Shown here: positions 41,348-51,874 of the stretch, in pieces
Position numbering within the stretch: the first letter of the stretch is position 1
Layout: every line of letters begins with the position of its first letter
Source of the DNA: Alphaproteobacteria bacterium
Lineage (GTDB): Bacteria > Pseudomonadota > Alphaproteobacteria > SP197
NCBI GenBank assembly: GCA_964291415.2
Contig: OZ219917.1
Span: forward strand, 128,001 to 192,000
Direction: 5' to 3'
Length of the DNA stretch: 64,000 nucleotides
Notes under the pieces: generated by a model
Told to the model about the DNA's origin: nothing
Seen by the model: the letters and a program-made list of their open reading frames with translations, nothing else
Databases searched by the model: none
Made by a program: the position numbers and the translations under genes

Positions 41348-43366
41348 TTGGCGCTGATGCTGGGTATCGACACCGGCGGAACCTACACCGATGCCGTGTT
41401 GCTTGACACCACCCGGGGCCCTCTCGGGACGGCAAAGTCGCTGACGACCCGTCACGACCTGACCATCGGCATCGCCGGGGCCGTCGATGCGGTGCTGGGC
41501 GAGCATGCCGACACGATCGCCCTCGTGTCGGTTTCGACGACACTGGCCACCAATGCCATCGTCGAGGGCCGGGGCAGTCCGGCGGCGCTCATCCTCATCG
41601 GCCACGCACCCGGTGACGGCCACAGGAAGGATGTCATGAGTGCGCTCGCCGGCGGTCCCCTGATCCAGGCGCGCGGAGGCCACGACGCCCTGGGCGAGGA
41701 AACCGCTCCGCTCGATCTCGATCACGTGGAAGCCCAGGCCCTCGGGGTCGCCGGCAGTGTCGCGGCCTTCGCCGTCTCCTCGATGTTCTCGGTTCGCAAT
41801 CCGGCGCACGAGATCGCGGTGCGCGACATGCTGCGCGGCTCGACCGGCCTTCCGGTCTCCTGCGGCCACAGCCTGAGTTCCGAACTCGACGCGCCGCGCC
41901 GCGCCCTGACGGCACTGCTCAACGCCCGGCTCATCCCCATGATCCAGGAACTCATCGTCACGGTCACCACGCTGATGACCGACCGCGGGATTGAGGCCCC
42001 GGTCATGGCTGTCAAGGGTGACGGATCGCTGATCGATGCCGCCACGGCACTGGAGACTCCGGTGGAGACCATCCTGTCGGGCCCCGCCGCGAGCGTCATC
42101 GGCGCCCGGCATCTTTCCGGTCACGACAACGCCTTCATTTCGGACATGGGCGGGACCACCACCGACATTGCCCTGGTGGAGAACGGGCAGCCCAAGCTCG
42201 ATACCAGGGGCGCGCGGGTCGGCGGCTACCACACCATGGTGCGCGCTGTGGCCGCCTACACCAGCGGCCTCGGGGGCGACAGCGAAGTGCGCCTCGACGA
42301 GAAGGGGCGGCTCGCCATCGGTCCGCGCCGTGCCGTGCCCCTGGCCCTCCTCGCCCAGCGTCACCCTGGCGTCATCGACACTCTCGAAAGGCAGGTGAAG
42401 CGCGCCTGGCCGCTCGAGTGGGACGGTGTCTTCGCGCTTCGCCTGCGTCAGCCCGCCAGCGAACCACCCGGCCTCTCGCGGCCCCAGCGTCACCTGTGGG
42501 AGGCGCTCGCCGCCGGTCCCGTCGCCATGGAGCACCTCTATCGCGACCGCTCGCCCAAACTGTCGCTGGAGGCCCTCATGGAAAGAGGGCTCGTCATCAC
42601 GTCGCGATTCACGCCGAGCGACGCCGCCCACGTGCTCGGCATCCACGACGCCTGGGAGGGCAAGGCAGGGGACCTCGCGGCACGCTTGTGGCTGAGGTGG
42701 TGGGCCATGACCGGCCACGCGACACCGGACGACCCAAAGGCCTTCGCCAATCTCGTCCTGGAGTCGACGCTCGCAGCCAGCGCCTACGCGCTCATCGAAG
42801 CGGCGATGCAGGAAGAACACGGACTTCCGCTCCCCTCCGGACGTTCGGCCGATGCCCTGCTCCAGGCGGCGACGGACGGCCGTGAGGGCACGCACTTCGC
42901 GCTCGACGTGCGTCTCAACCATCCGGTGGTGGGTGTCGGAGCGCCCGCCGCGACCTACTATCCGCGCCTCGCCGACCGCCTTCACACCGACATCGTGGTG
43001 CCACCCCATGCCGGCGTGTGCAACGCGGTGGGCGCCGTCGCCGGAGGCGTGGTGCAAAGGGCCGATGGACTGCTGACGGCGCCCCGCAGCGGCGTCATAC
43101 GCTGCCATCTGCCTGAAGAGGTGACGGACTTCGAGGACCTCGAGGAGGCGGCACGCCATGCCAGCGGCGTGCTGGAGCGCCTGGCGCGCCAGGCGGCGTT
43201 GAGAATCGGCGCCGACGACATCACCGTGCACGTGGACCGCAGGGACGAGATCGTCCCGTGCAAGGACGGCAGTTCGCTCTTCATCGAAAGCCGCCTTGCA
43301 GCCGTGGCCGCAGGTCGTCCGGCACTCGGCTGTCAGGCAGGTCGCGGTACGAAGCCCTCCTCGTAG
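41348..43366 (+). CDS. Hydantoinase A/oxoprolinase family protein
   Basis: LGIDTGGTYTDAV, STTLATNAIVEG, ETILSGPAAS, DMGGTTTDI, GLGGDS, CNAVGA. Confidence 0.9.
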   Translation: MALMLGIDTGGTYTDAVLLDTTRGPLGTAKSLTTRHDLTIGIAGAVDAVLGEHADTIALVSVSTTLATNAIVEGRGSPAALILIGHAPGDGHRKDVMSALAGGPLIQARGGHDALGEETAPLDLDHVEAQALGVAGSVAAFAVSSMFSVRNPAHEIAVRDMLRGSTGLPVSCGHSLSSELDAPRRALTALLNARLIPMIQELIVTVTTLMTDRGIEAPVMAVKGDGSLIDAATALETPVETILSGPAASVIGARHLSGHDNAFISDMGGTTTDIALVENGQPKLDTRGARVGGYHTMVRAVAAYTSGLGGDSEVRLDEKGRLAIGPRRAVPLALLAQRHPGVIDTLERQVKRAWPLEWDGVFALRLRQPASEPPGLSRPQRHLWEALAAGPVAMEHLYRDRSPKLSLEALMERGLVITSRFTPSDAAHVLGIHDAWEGKAGDLAARLWLRWWAMTGHATPDDPKAFANLVLESTLAASAYALIEAAMQEEHGLPLPSGRSADALLQAATDGREGTHFALDVRLNHPVVGVGAPAATYYPRLADRLHTDIVVPPHAGVCNAVGAVAGGVVQRADGLLTAPRSGVIRCHLPEEVTDFEDLEEAARHASGVLERLARQAALRIGADDITVHVDRRDEIVPCKDGSSLFIESRLAAVAAGRPALGCQAGRGTKPSS

Positions 43367-44292
43367 AAGCGGTACCAGTTCCCTCCCATGACACCGGCGA
43401 TCTCGTCCGCCGTCATGCCGACGGCGCCGAGGCCCTCCTCGATGGCGCCGAAGCAGAGATTGCTGGTGAACCAGGAAGGGAAAGGCGGAACGGCGGCATC
43501 ACCGCCATCGTCCCTGGTCCAGCGTCCGGTTCGCATCCAGCCGATGACGCGATCGGGCTGATCCTGCACGAGATCCGAACCGATGCCGATGCGGTCCATG
43601 CCGAACCGTTCGCCGGTTTCGGCCACCATGCGGCAGAAACTCTCGAGGCTGCACTCCGAGCCACCCTTGAGATGCGGCGGATAGAGGGAAAACCCGATCA
43701 TGCCGCCATTGCCCGTCACCGCACGGATGGCGTCGTCGGACTTGTTGCGCGGCACGGGCCACCAGCGTGTCGGATTGGCGTGGGTGATGGCGATCGGCCT
43801 CTCAGAGAGTTCCGCCGCCTCGATGGTGGAACGCTCGCCCGAGTGGCTCATGTCGATGACCAGCCCGACCCGGTTCATCTCGCGGATCACTTCGCGGCCC
43901 ATCCGGGTCACACCCGAATCGTGAGGCTCCTGGAAACCCGCCGCCAGGAGCGACTGGTTGTTGTAGGTCAGCTGCATGAAGCGGCCACCCAGAGCATGCA
44001 GAATCTCGATGAGGCCGATGTCGTCCTCCATGGGGCTGCAGTTCTGGAATCCGAAGAAGATGGCGGTCCGCCCGGTCTCGCGGGCTCGTCGCACGTCCTC
44101 GGCCCACAGCCCGTGAAAGATGAGATCCGGGTGCAGCTCGAACCACCGGTTCCACCGCTCGATGTTGTGCACCGTTTCACGGAAGGTCTCGTGGTAGGCA
44201 ATCGTGACATGCACCGCATGCACCCCGCCCTCGTTCATCTGCCGAAAGATCCTCTCGGACCAGTTGGCATACTGGAGATTGTCGATCCTCAT
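43333..44292 (-). CDS. Membrane dipeptidase (M19) family protein
   Basis: MRIDNLQYANWS, QLTYNNQS, IDMSHSG, THANP, RNKSD, IGIGSD. Confidence 0.9.
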   Translation of the reverse strand: MRIDNLQYANWSERIFRQMNEGGVHAVHVTIAYHETFRETVHNIERWNRWFELHPDLIFHGLWAEDVRRARETGRTAIFFGFQNCSPMEDDIGLIEILHALGGRFMQLTYNNQSLLAAGFQEPHDSGVTRMGREVIREMNRVGLVIDMSHSGERSTIEAAELSERPIAITHANPTRWWPVPRNKSDDAIRAVTGNGGMIGFSLYPPHLKGGSECSLESFCRMVAETGERFGMDRIGIGSDLVQDQPDRVIGWMRTGRWTRDDGGDAAVPPFPSWFTSNLCFGAIEEGLGAVGMTADEIAGVMGGNWYRFYEEGFVPRPA

Positions 44293-44488
44293 GGCGCAAC
44301 AGTGCATCCGACAGACCATCAGGTCCACATCGACCGCGCCTCAACGAACGGCAGGGGGCCATGACCGCAGGGACGTGCCGATCGCCGCCCTGGTCAAGGC
44401 GGCAAAGCCGATGGTGCAATTCGAGGCAAGCCAGGCCGAGCCATGACATCCAATGCGCTCCGGTCCTTCGGCAACGGAGCACCGGCGG

Positions 44489-44622
44489 TGCGGACCCGAT
44501 GGACTCTCGACTCGCCGGCGACAAACGCCACGCTCATGGCCTTCCGTCCTGAGTAGCCGGTCGATGCCGAACGCGACTTCAGGCTGATGTTCGACCATCT
44601 CCTTCGGAGCGATCTTGGCTTT
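44489..44622 (+). repeat. Degenerate copy of the parD/parE junction (46264-46406)
   Basis: CATGGCCTTCCGTC...GCCGAACGCGACTTC...ATGTTCGACCATCTCCTTCGGAGC in both copies. Confidence 0.88.
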
Positions 44623-44743
44623 CCGGAGACCGACGCTCTGAAGATCCTGGTTCTCCCGCTGGCAGCATCAGTTTTCCCCGCAGGATCGTAACGCCCAGGC
44701 ACGCGAGTAACCGGCGCGAATGGCCCGCACACGCAGGTTGTGC

Positions 44744-45255
44744 CTATTCCTTCCGGTCTTGCAGGGCAGCATGGCCGAGCGGGAGGAACAGGCGCATCGG
44801 GTCGTCGGTCAGCGGTACGAATCCAAATCTCTCATAGAAGCGCTTTGCGTCCTCGTTCACGGCATCCACGATCAGGGCGTCAATGGCAACGGTCTGACTG
44901 GCAACCACGGTCCGCTTGACCGCATCGGCAAGAAGCATGCGTCCAAGACCGCGTCCGTGCGCCGGGCGGTCGACCGCCAGCCGGCCGATCAGGGCACCGG
45001 GTGGCGCGGCAACTTCCGGGAGAATTGCTTGGGCAACGAGGAGGGATCGATCGACAGGGCGCTCCGCGTGAAGAAGCCGAGGATGGCGTCGGATTCGCCG
45101 GTGGTGCAGACGAACACCCGGGCGATCCTGCGCCGTACGTCCTGTCCGGCCTGGCGCGCCAGATAGCGGTCCAGTTCGGGAAGGCCACAGGAAAAGGCAG
45201 TCCGGTCATGCCGCTCATCGAGCGGCTCGACAGTCAGCGCATCGAATTCGGTCAA
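44744..45255 (-). pseudogene. GNAT acetyltransferase toxin (AtaT/TacT-like), disrupted near 44990
   Basis: HDRTAFSCG..LDRYL...KLPRHPVP* then, in another frame, LIGRLAVD...GRGLGRMLLADA...FYERFGF. Confidence 0.85.
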
Positions 45256-45539
45256 CGTGAATCAACGCGCCTTGTGTGCTCCTCCAGGGCCGCACGGAGG
45301 CGGTCATTCGGCGGCGGCGGATCGGAGAGTGCATCGAAGAACCGCATGGCGTCCTCGCGTGCGAGCGCGATGGTCTCGTGACGGCGAACGGTCTTCTCCG
45401 CGCTCTCCATGGCACTGGATACGATGTAGGCGCTGACGGTCTTGCCTTCCAAGGAAGCCGCCTGCTCGATACGCCGCTTCGCCGTCCGGGTGAGTCGCAG
45501 ATTGATACGTTCGCTTCGGGCCGCGTCGGTCTGAGCCAT
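45252..45539 (-). CDS. DUF1778 family RHH antitoxin
   Basis: RSERINLRL...IEQAASLEGKTVSAYI...FFDALSDPPPPNDRL; overlaps the GNAT toxin start. Confidence 0.9.
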   Translation of the reverse strand: MAQTDAARSERINLRLTRTAKRRIEQAASLEGKTVSAYIVSSAMESAEKTVRRHETIALAREDAMRFFDALSDPPPPNDRLRAALEEHTRRVDSR

Positions 45540-45781
45540 GATTCCCACATCCTTCAGAATCAGGAAGGTACGTCGTTTCGGGGCCACCCAAAAGCCTGTG
45601 ACGCCTCCTTTCGCAATGGAAGACGAAACATGATCGACAGAATTGCGATGTGCCGGGACTGGTCAGGAACCATCTCGGAAAGCACGCGGCAACCCGTTGC
45701 ACACCGGGCCAACGGTCTCTCTCAAAGGCATCGTCGCCCGGCGTCCTGAAGGGTGGCCAACAGAGTCACTCAAGCAGTGAA

Positions 45782-45955
45782 TCGAACTGGTTGGTCGCAG
45801 GAGTTTCGAGTGGCGCACATTCCGGCTGAACCATCGTCCACGGTGCGCCCGGTCCATTGGCAACTCGACGATACGCACCGCGGGAATGTCGAGCGGCATC
45901 ACCCTTCCAGCGTCGAGATGAGGGACGACATCAGGCCGATGGTCGGTGCAGTCAA
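45782..45955 (-). repeat. Degenerate, internally deleted copy of the vapC gene segment 46746-46980
   Basis: Encodes MPLDIPAVRIVELPMDRA...RNVRH versus MPFDVPAARFAGLLMDRA...RNVRH in the intact gene. Confidence 0.72.
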
Positions 45956-46060
45956 TGGCGGCAGAGAATTGGAGTTGCCGAGAATCGAGCCTTGTGTCGT
46001 GATCGGCTGTGATTGAATGTCGGTGTCGCGCAGTACCAACTTGACGTCGAAGGGGGTCTC

Positions 46061-46336
46061 ATGACGGTCAAGTCCTCAATCTCGCTCACCGACGAGCAGC
46101 ACGCCTTCGCCAGGGCACTGGTCGAGGCCGGGCGCTATTCGAGCTTGAGCGCGGTGCTGCAACAAGGCGTCGACCTGCTGCGTCAGAGAGTGGACGCCGA
46201 GGAACTCGAGACCGCGGCGTTGCGAGAGATCCTGTCCCGGCGGCGCAAGGGCGCGTTCGTCAATGCGGATGCGATGGACGCGCGGCTCGCTGGAATGGCT
46301 GCCAGCAAACGCCGCGCCCATGGCCTTCCGTCTTGA
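46061..46336 (+). CDS. ParD-like RHH antitoxin (CC2985 type)
   Basis: MTVKSSISLTDEQHAFARALVEAGRYSSLSAVLQQGVDLLR. Confidence 0.85.
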   Translation: MTVKSSISLTDEQHAFARALVEAGRYSSLSAVLQQGVDLLRQRVDAEELETAALREILSRRRKGAFVNADAMDARLAGMAASKRRAHGLPS

Positions 46337-46667
46337 GTTCCCGGTCGAGGCCGAACGCGACTTCGGGCTCATGTTCGACCATCTCCTTCGGAGCTATCTC
46401 GGCTTTGGCGAAAGCCTGGAGAGCGCCCTCGATCACACTGAGGCGCGGATTGAAGAGATCCGCGCGTCCGCGGACCGGATCCTGGCCGCCCCCTACCGCG
46501 GCGAACGCCATGACAAACGTCTGCCCGGGCTTCGGCATCTCGCCATCGGACGGACAATGTTCTGGTTCGACGTCGATGACGGCCGGGAGGTAGTTCGCGT
46601 TCTGGCGGTGTTCTTCGGCGGCGAGGATCATGTCCGACACATGCTGGCCCGGCTTCTCAAGGAGTGA
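46320..46667 (+). CDS. ParE/RelE family toxin
   Basis: AERDF..MFDHL, PYRGERHDKRLPGLRH, VRVLAVFFGGED; overlaps the antitoxin. Confidence 0.85.
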   Translation: MAFRLEFPVEAERDFGLMFDHLLRSYLGFGESLESALDHTEARIEEIRASADRILAAPYRGERHDKRLPGLRHLAIGRTMFWFDVDDGREVVRVLAVFFGGEDHVRHMLARLLKE

Positions 46668-46729
46668 ACGCGGGGCCGGCGACGACAGGACGGCAAGGCC
46701 TGGGTGCGGCGCGGACTCGTCCGGGAAAG

Positions 46730-47167
46730 TCAATTCGGCAGTGTTTCGAACGGGTTGATCGCAGGGACTCCGAGCGGCACAAAATGGCGCACGTTCCGGG
46801 TGAGAATCGTAAGGTCGCGTACGCTTGCCGTCGCCGCGATGGCGAGGTCAGCAAAGCCGGGGGACTGACCCGTGGCGCGCGCCCGGTCCATCAGCAGCCC
46901 GGCAAAACGCGCCGCAGGAACATCGAACGGCATCACCCTGGCACCGTAGAGGTGAAGAACGACATCAAGCCAATGGTCGAGACGGTCGGCACGTGCAAGG
47001 CTGCCCGACCTCCGCAACTTGGCAATACCATTGACGACCTCGGCCACGGTGATCGTCGACAGGAACAGTTTGTCGGAATGCGTATCCAACCAATCGGTCA
47101 GCGTCGCGTCACGTTCACGACGGCCGGGTGCCCTGATTGAAAGAACGTTCGTGTCCACCAGGAACAT
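46730..47167 (-). CDS. VapC/PIN domain toxin
   Basis: FLVDTNVLS, LSTITVAE, ADLAIAATA, LTRNVRHF. Confidence 0.92.
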   Translation of the reverse strand: MFLVDTNVLSIRAPGRRERDATLTDWLDTHSDKLFLSTITVAEVVNGIAKLRRSGSLARADRLDHWLDVVLHLYGARVMPFDVPAARFAGLLMDRARATGQSPGFADLAIAATASVRDLTILTRNVRHFVPLGVPAINPFETLPN

Positions 47168-47176
47168 CGCAAGCGC

Positions 47177-47419
47177 CTACAGAGCGATGTCTCGCAGCGA
47201 ACTCGAGTCACGCGGTGGCAGATCACCCTCTTCCAGTTCCGAAACAGCGAGAAGGCGACCGAACGACGGGACTTGGCAAAGGCGGTTCCATTCGTCGAGG
47301 CCAACGAGCACGGCCCGGGGCTGTCCGCGATTGGTGATGATGGCTGTCTCACCTTGAGCGGCTCCTTCTACCAGGGCCGACAGCTTGGCTTTGGCCTCTC
47401 TCAACTGCACCTTCCGCAC
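47177..47419 (-). CDS. Phd/YefM family antitoxin
   Basis: VQLREAKAKLSALVEGAAQGETAIITNRGQPRAVLV; AGGAGA precedes GTG 47419. Confidence 0.88.
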   Translation of the reverse strand: MRKVQLREAKAKLSALVEGAAQGETAIITNRGQPRAVLVGLDEWNRLCQVPSFGRLLAVSELEEGDLPPRDSSSLRDIAL

Positions 47420-47625
47420 GGGAGTTCTCCTGACCACTATCGTCATGTGACCAATGTAGTCACATTAGCCTTCTCCGTCGTCCTTCGCAATTGCTTCGGG
47501 CATCGGGCAGTGGAGAGGTGGCTGGATGAAGGAGAGCCAGCCTGCCAACTGAAGGGATCAGACCACCGCGGACGTTGGTGGCCATCGGCCTGCGCCTGAC
47601 GACTGGATGACCTCTTTCCTCTGGT

Positions 47626-49104
47626 TCACTCCTTCCAGGGTTCGAAGGCTGCGGGGAAGACGGCGTCGATGGGTTCGTTGTCGGGCCAGTAGTCGGCGAA
47701 ACGGTTCCATGCTTTTGTGCTGGATCGGCGCACTCCGTCGAGAAGATCGCCGTCGTCCCATGCCAGCAGCCGGCCTCCCTTCACCAGGGTGCGGCCATCG
47801 ACGATGACGGTGTCGATCACCTCGCCGTCGCAGCACTGGATGAGCGCCTTCAGCGGATCGAGGAAGGGTCCCACCCGCAACCGCTGGAAGTCCACGATCA
47901 GGATGTCCGCCTTGGCCCCCGGGGCAAGACGGCCCAGATCGTCGCGCCCCAGGGCCCTGGCGCCTCCCAGGGTGGCGGCGTTGAAGATGTCCCTGGTGGC
48001 GGTCGCCTCGAAATCGCGGTCGGCGATCTTGCCGGTCAGCGCCACGGTCTTGAGTTCCCCCAGCATGTCCTGGGGATAGGAATCGGTGCCGATGGCAAGG
48101 TTGACCCCGGCGTCGAGATACCGCTGGAAGGACTCGAGATGGACGCCCCGGCGGGCGAAGACGGTGGGCGAGTGGGCGACGCTCGCTCCGCTCCCGGCGA
48201 TGAGGGCAAGATCGTCGCCGCGCGTGAAGGCGATCTGCGAGTGGCCGGACGTGTAGAGCCCGTGACCCAGGATCACTTCGGGCCCCAGAAAGCCGAGATC
48301 GTGCAGCATGGCGACCGGCGTTCGGCCGGTGTGGCGCACGGAGTCCTGAAACTCCAGCACCGATTCGGCGACATGCATGGTGATGCCGATGCCGTGACGC
48401 GCCGCCGCCTCCTTGGTGCGGCGCAGCAGTTCCGCGGAAGACAGGTGATACTCGAGGGGCACCAGAATGGCCCTCACCCTGCCGTCGTAGGCGCCGTCCC
48501 ATGCCTCGACAAAGGCAAGGGCGGTGTCCAGCGTGGCCAGCCCGTCATCGTCATGCCAGTGGATCTGGTGGCGGCCGCTCTGGTCGTAGTAGTGATGCGC
48601 CGAGCGCAGTCCCGGCGCCGTGTAGAGGCGGATTCCGAGTTCGCCCGCATGGGTCGCCAGAGGTCCGAGTCCGCCTCCGGCAACCTCGCCGCCGAGTTCG
48701 CCTCCCATGTCGACCACCGTTGTCGAACCGAAGCGCAGCAGGCAGGCCAGACTGTAGCGGACGGCCGCATCCACGTTCTCATAGTCGTGAACCGTTGGAC
48801 CGTTGATCCCCTTGGCGGTGCAGTAGTTCATGAAACCGGACCGGAAGAGGTCGGCACGCCCACCGTCGAGAATCATGCGGTCCCCGGTATGGGCGCCAAC
48901 ATGAACATGCGCGTTGACAAGGCCCGGCATGACGAGGTGGCGACGGGCATCGATCATCTCGTCCGTCTCTTCGTGCCAGGACCGTCCGACATGAAGGATG
49001 GTGTCGTCGCGATAGACGACCACGCCATCGGTGAGAATGCGGTGGCGTTCGCCGTCGAAGGCGACGATCCAGCCGCCCCGGATCAGCGTGGTCTTCCCGG
49101 ACAT
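47626..49104 (-). CDS. Amidohydrolase (chlorohydrolase/deaminase-like)
   Basis: PGLVNAHVH, TMHVAES, ILGHG, AIGTDS, ATLGGARALG, GAKADI. Confidence 0.9.
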   Translation of the reverse strand: MSGKTTLIRGGWIVAFDGERHRILTDGVVVYRDDTILHVGRSWHEETDEMIDARRHLVMPGLVNAHVHVGAHTGDRMILDGGRADLFRSGFMNYCTAKGINGPTVHDYENVDAAVRYSLACLLRFGSTTVVDMGGELGGEVAGGGLGPLATHAGELGIRLYTAPGLRSAHHYYDQSGRHQIHWHDDDGLATLDTALAFVEAWDGAYDGRVRAILVPLEYHLSSAELLRRTKEAAARHGIGITMHVAESVLEFQDSVRHTGRTPVAMLHDLGFLGPEVILGHGLYTSGHSQIAFTRGDDLALIAGSGASVAHSPTVFARRGVHLESFQRYLDAGVNLAIGTDSYPQDMLGELKTVALTGKIADRDFEATATRDIFNAATLGGARALGRDDLGRLAPGAKADILIVDFQRLRVGPFLDPLKALIQCCDGEVIDTVIVDGRTLVKGGRLLAWDDGDLLDGVRRSSTKAWNRFADYWPDNEPIDAVFPAAFEPWKE

Positions 49105-49319
49105 GGCCCAAGCCTCCTCATCGTTGATCCATCCTACCCGGTCGGCCTGGCGAAATCTGTCGTGTCCCGACCCCCTGAGGCGAGCTCCGGGACACGCGAC
49201 CCAACAATCCGCCAACGGACCGGCGCGCCGGATTCGACGGGATTGTGGCGCGATAGGGGGACAGTCGCATCGGGTCTGTGGTATCGGGCGTGACGTTTTT
49301 CCGAAGGGAGTCCTGATCG

Positions 49320-49883
49320 GTGGGTGACATACGTCGGGTCTGTGTGTTCTGTGGCTCGCGCCAGGGCAGCGATCCGCACTATCAACGCCTTGCTGCAGGG
49401 CTCGCCCGGCGTCTCGCCGGGGCCGGCCTCACCATCGTCTACGGCGGGGGCGGTGCGGGAATCATGGGAACACTTGCCGATGCAGCCGTGGAATCCGGCG
49501 GCACGGTGATCGGCGTCATCCCGACGTTCCTTCACGAACAGGAACACGCGCATCCCGGCATCGCCAGAACGATCGAGACACCGGACATGCACACCAGGCG
49601 CATGACGATGTACGAGAATGCGGATGCCTTCATCTCGCTGCCAGGGGGCATCGGCACTCTCGAGGAAACCGTCGAGGTTCTCAGCTGGATCACCCTGGAT
49701 ATCCACACGAAGCCGGTGATTCTCGTCGATACGGCGTACTGGTCGCCCTTTCTGGCCCTGCTGGACCACATGGACGACCATGGCTTTTCCTACCGCAGTC
49801 TGAAGGACTGCATCGACGTTGTGGACGAGCCCGGGGACGCGGTTGCGCGCCTCGTTGCAGGGACCTCCCGGACCACTCCCTGA
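49320..49883 (+). CDS. LOG family nucleotide phosphoribohydrolase (TIGR00730)
   Basis: VCVFCGS, VYGGG, LPGGIGTLEE. Confidence 0.93.
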   Translation: MGDIRRVCVFCGSRQGSDPHYQRLAAGLARRLAGAGLTIVYGGGGAGIMGTLADAAVESGGTVIGVIPTFLHEQEHAHPGIARTIETPDMHTRRMTMYENADAFISLPGGIGTLEETVEVLSWITLDIHTKPVILVDTAYWSPFLALLDHMDDHGFSYRSLKDCIDVVDEPGDAVARLVAGTSRTTP

Positions 49884-49931
49884 CGCGCAGAAATCAGGCT
49901 CCGCCACCGTCCGACGGCAAGGAATCTCAGA

Positions 49932-50903
49932 TCACGAAGCGTCGATGCTTGCGAGTTCGTCGAGAGCGGCAACGGTGGCGGTGGCCATCGCGGGCTCATC
50001 GGGCATGTGTCCGCCGTGCTCGACGATGCGCAGGTCGGCACGGGGCCAGGCCTTCGCGAGACGCCAGGCCTCGCGCAGCGGCGTGCACATGTCGAAGCGG
50101 CCATGGACGATCGTTGCGGGGATGTGCGCAAGGCGGTCGCAACGCGACACGATGTGGTCCTCGCCGTCGAGAAAGCAGCCGTTCTCGAAGTAGTGCGCCA
50201 TGATCCGGCCGTAGCTTGCGCCGCCGTCGTCGTCGCCCTCGGTGAGGCTGGCATCGCGGGGATGGAAGTAGACCGAAGCCGTCTCCCAGGCGCCGAGGGC
50301 GCGCGCGATGCGGTTGGCGTCTTCGGGATCGTTGCCGCGTATGCGCCGGTAGGTCGCGGCTTCGAGGTCATTCAGGTCTTCGGGCGGGAAGTGGGCCGCA
50401 AAGCGGTCCCATGCCTCGGGATAGACCATGTTGGCGCCGAACTCGAAGAGCCAGCGCTGCGTCGTCCGGTCGGCAAGCCACACACTCCAGACACAAAGGG
50501 CGCTGACACTTTCGGGATGCGACTGGGCATAGACCAGGGCGAGGGTCGATCCCCATGAGCCACCGGCGACGTGCCAGCGCCTGATGCCGAGATGCTCGCG
50601 AATCCTCTCGATGTCGGCGACGAGATCCCAGGTCGTGTTGTCGTCGACGAGCGCGCTCGGCGTGCTGCGGCCGGCACCGCGCTGGTCGAAGGCAACCACG
50701 CGGTAGCGTTCGGGGTCGACGAGCTGGCGATGGCGCGGCGAGATCCGGCCGCCCGGACCGCCGTGGAGGAGGACGATCGGCACCCCGTCGGGGTTGCCGC
50801 TTTCCTCGACATGGAGCTCATGGCTCGGGGACACCTTGAGACGAAAGGCGCGGCGCGGCTCGCGGTCCGGATAGACGATGTGGGAGACGTCGGGGGCGGT
50901 CAC
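49932..50903 (-). CDS. pip: Prolyl aminopeptidase
   Basis: HGGPGG, FDQRGAGRSTP, NTTWDLVADIE, GGSWGSTLAL, HGRFDMCTP. Confidence 0.9.
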   Translation of the reverse strand: MTAPDVSHIVYPDREPRRAFRLKVSPSHELHVEESGNPDGVPIVLLHGGPGGRISPRHRQLVDPERYRVVAFDQRGAGRSTPSALVDDNTTWDLVADIERIREHLGIRRWHVAGGSWGSTLALVYAQSHPESVSALCVWSVWLADRTTQRWLFEFGANMVYPEAWDRFAAHFPPEDLNDLEAATYRRIRGNDPEDANRIARALGAWETASVYFHPRDASLTEGDDDGGASYGRIMAHYFENGCFLDGEDHIVSRCDRLAHIPATIVHGRFDMCTPLREAWRLAKAWPRADLRIVEHGGHMPDEPAMATATVAALDELASIDAS

Positions 50904-50906
50904 GGG

Positions 50907-51874
50907 TCAGTACCCCCTTGCAGGGTCGACGAGATTGGCAAGCGGCTCGCCTCGCACGAAGCGATCGAGATTGTCGAGAAAGACCTCGATGCTCAGCCGG
51001 TCGTAGTCCTGCCAGGTCTGCATGCCGCCCACGTGAGGAGTGATGTGGACGTTCTCCATGTCCCACAGCGGGCTGTCGTGAGGCAGGGGTTCCTGGGCAA
51101 AGACATCGAGGGAGGCCGCGGCCACGTGCCCGGACCGCAGGGCCGGGATCAGGGCATCCTCGTCGATGACCCCGCCCCGCGACATGTTGTGCACGATCAC
51201 GCCCGGCTTGGCGGCAGCAAGCTCAGGCGCGCCGATCAGTCCACGCGTCGCGTCGGTCAGCGGCGTCACGACGATGACGTAATCGGAGAGTGCCAGGACC
51301 TCGCGCAGCCGGTCCGGCCCCACGACCTCCTCGATCCCGTCAGAGGCTGTGGTCGGGCACGCACGCCGTAGACGGTCATGCCCAGGGCGCGGCCGATCCG
51401 GGCGCAGGCCCGGCCGATCCTGCCCAGGCCGACAACGGTCAGCGTACCGCCGGTCGAGCGGATGACGTCGTGGGGCTGCCAGAGATGCTCCCGTTGCTGG
51501 TCGTGGTAGCGGAAGAACCGGCAGTTGACCGCGATCAGGCGGCCGATGGCGAACTGCGCCATCGCCTCGTCCTGCACACCGCCGATGTTGCACACGTCGA
51601 CCGTTTCGGGATCCCAGGGAACGAGATGGTTGATGCCGGCCCCCGAGACATGGATGAATCGCAGCGAAGGTTGCGCCAGCAGGGCCTCGCGCGGATAGGG
51701 CCGGCGTTCGAAGCGCTCGGTGTAGGCCACGTGATGGTCGCCGCGCGCGGCTTCCGGCAGGGCGTCGAAGCTGTCGCAGGTCGTGATGACGGCGTCGGGG
51801 TGGCGTTCGGCGACCGCGCGCGCCACGGTTCCGGGCTGCTCGGTGTGAACAAGAATGCGCAAGGGTTCCGCCAT
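50907..51874 (-). CDS. D-2-hydroxyacid dehydrogenase family protein, frameshifted near 51345
   Basis: VVGLGRIG in the first frame; PLTDATRGLI, NMSRGGVIDE, LDVFAQEPL and ITPHVGG in the second frame. Confidence 0.87.
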
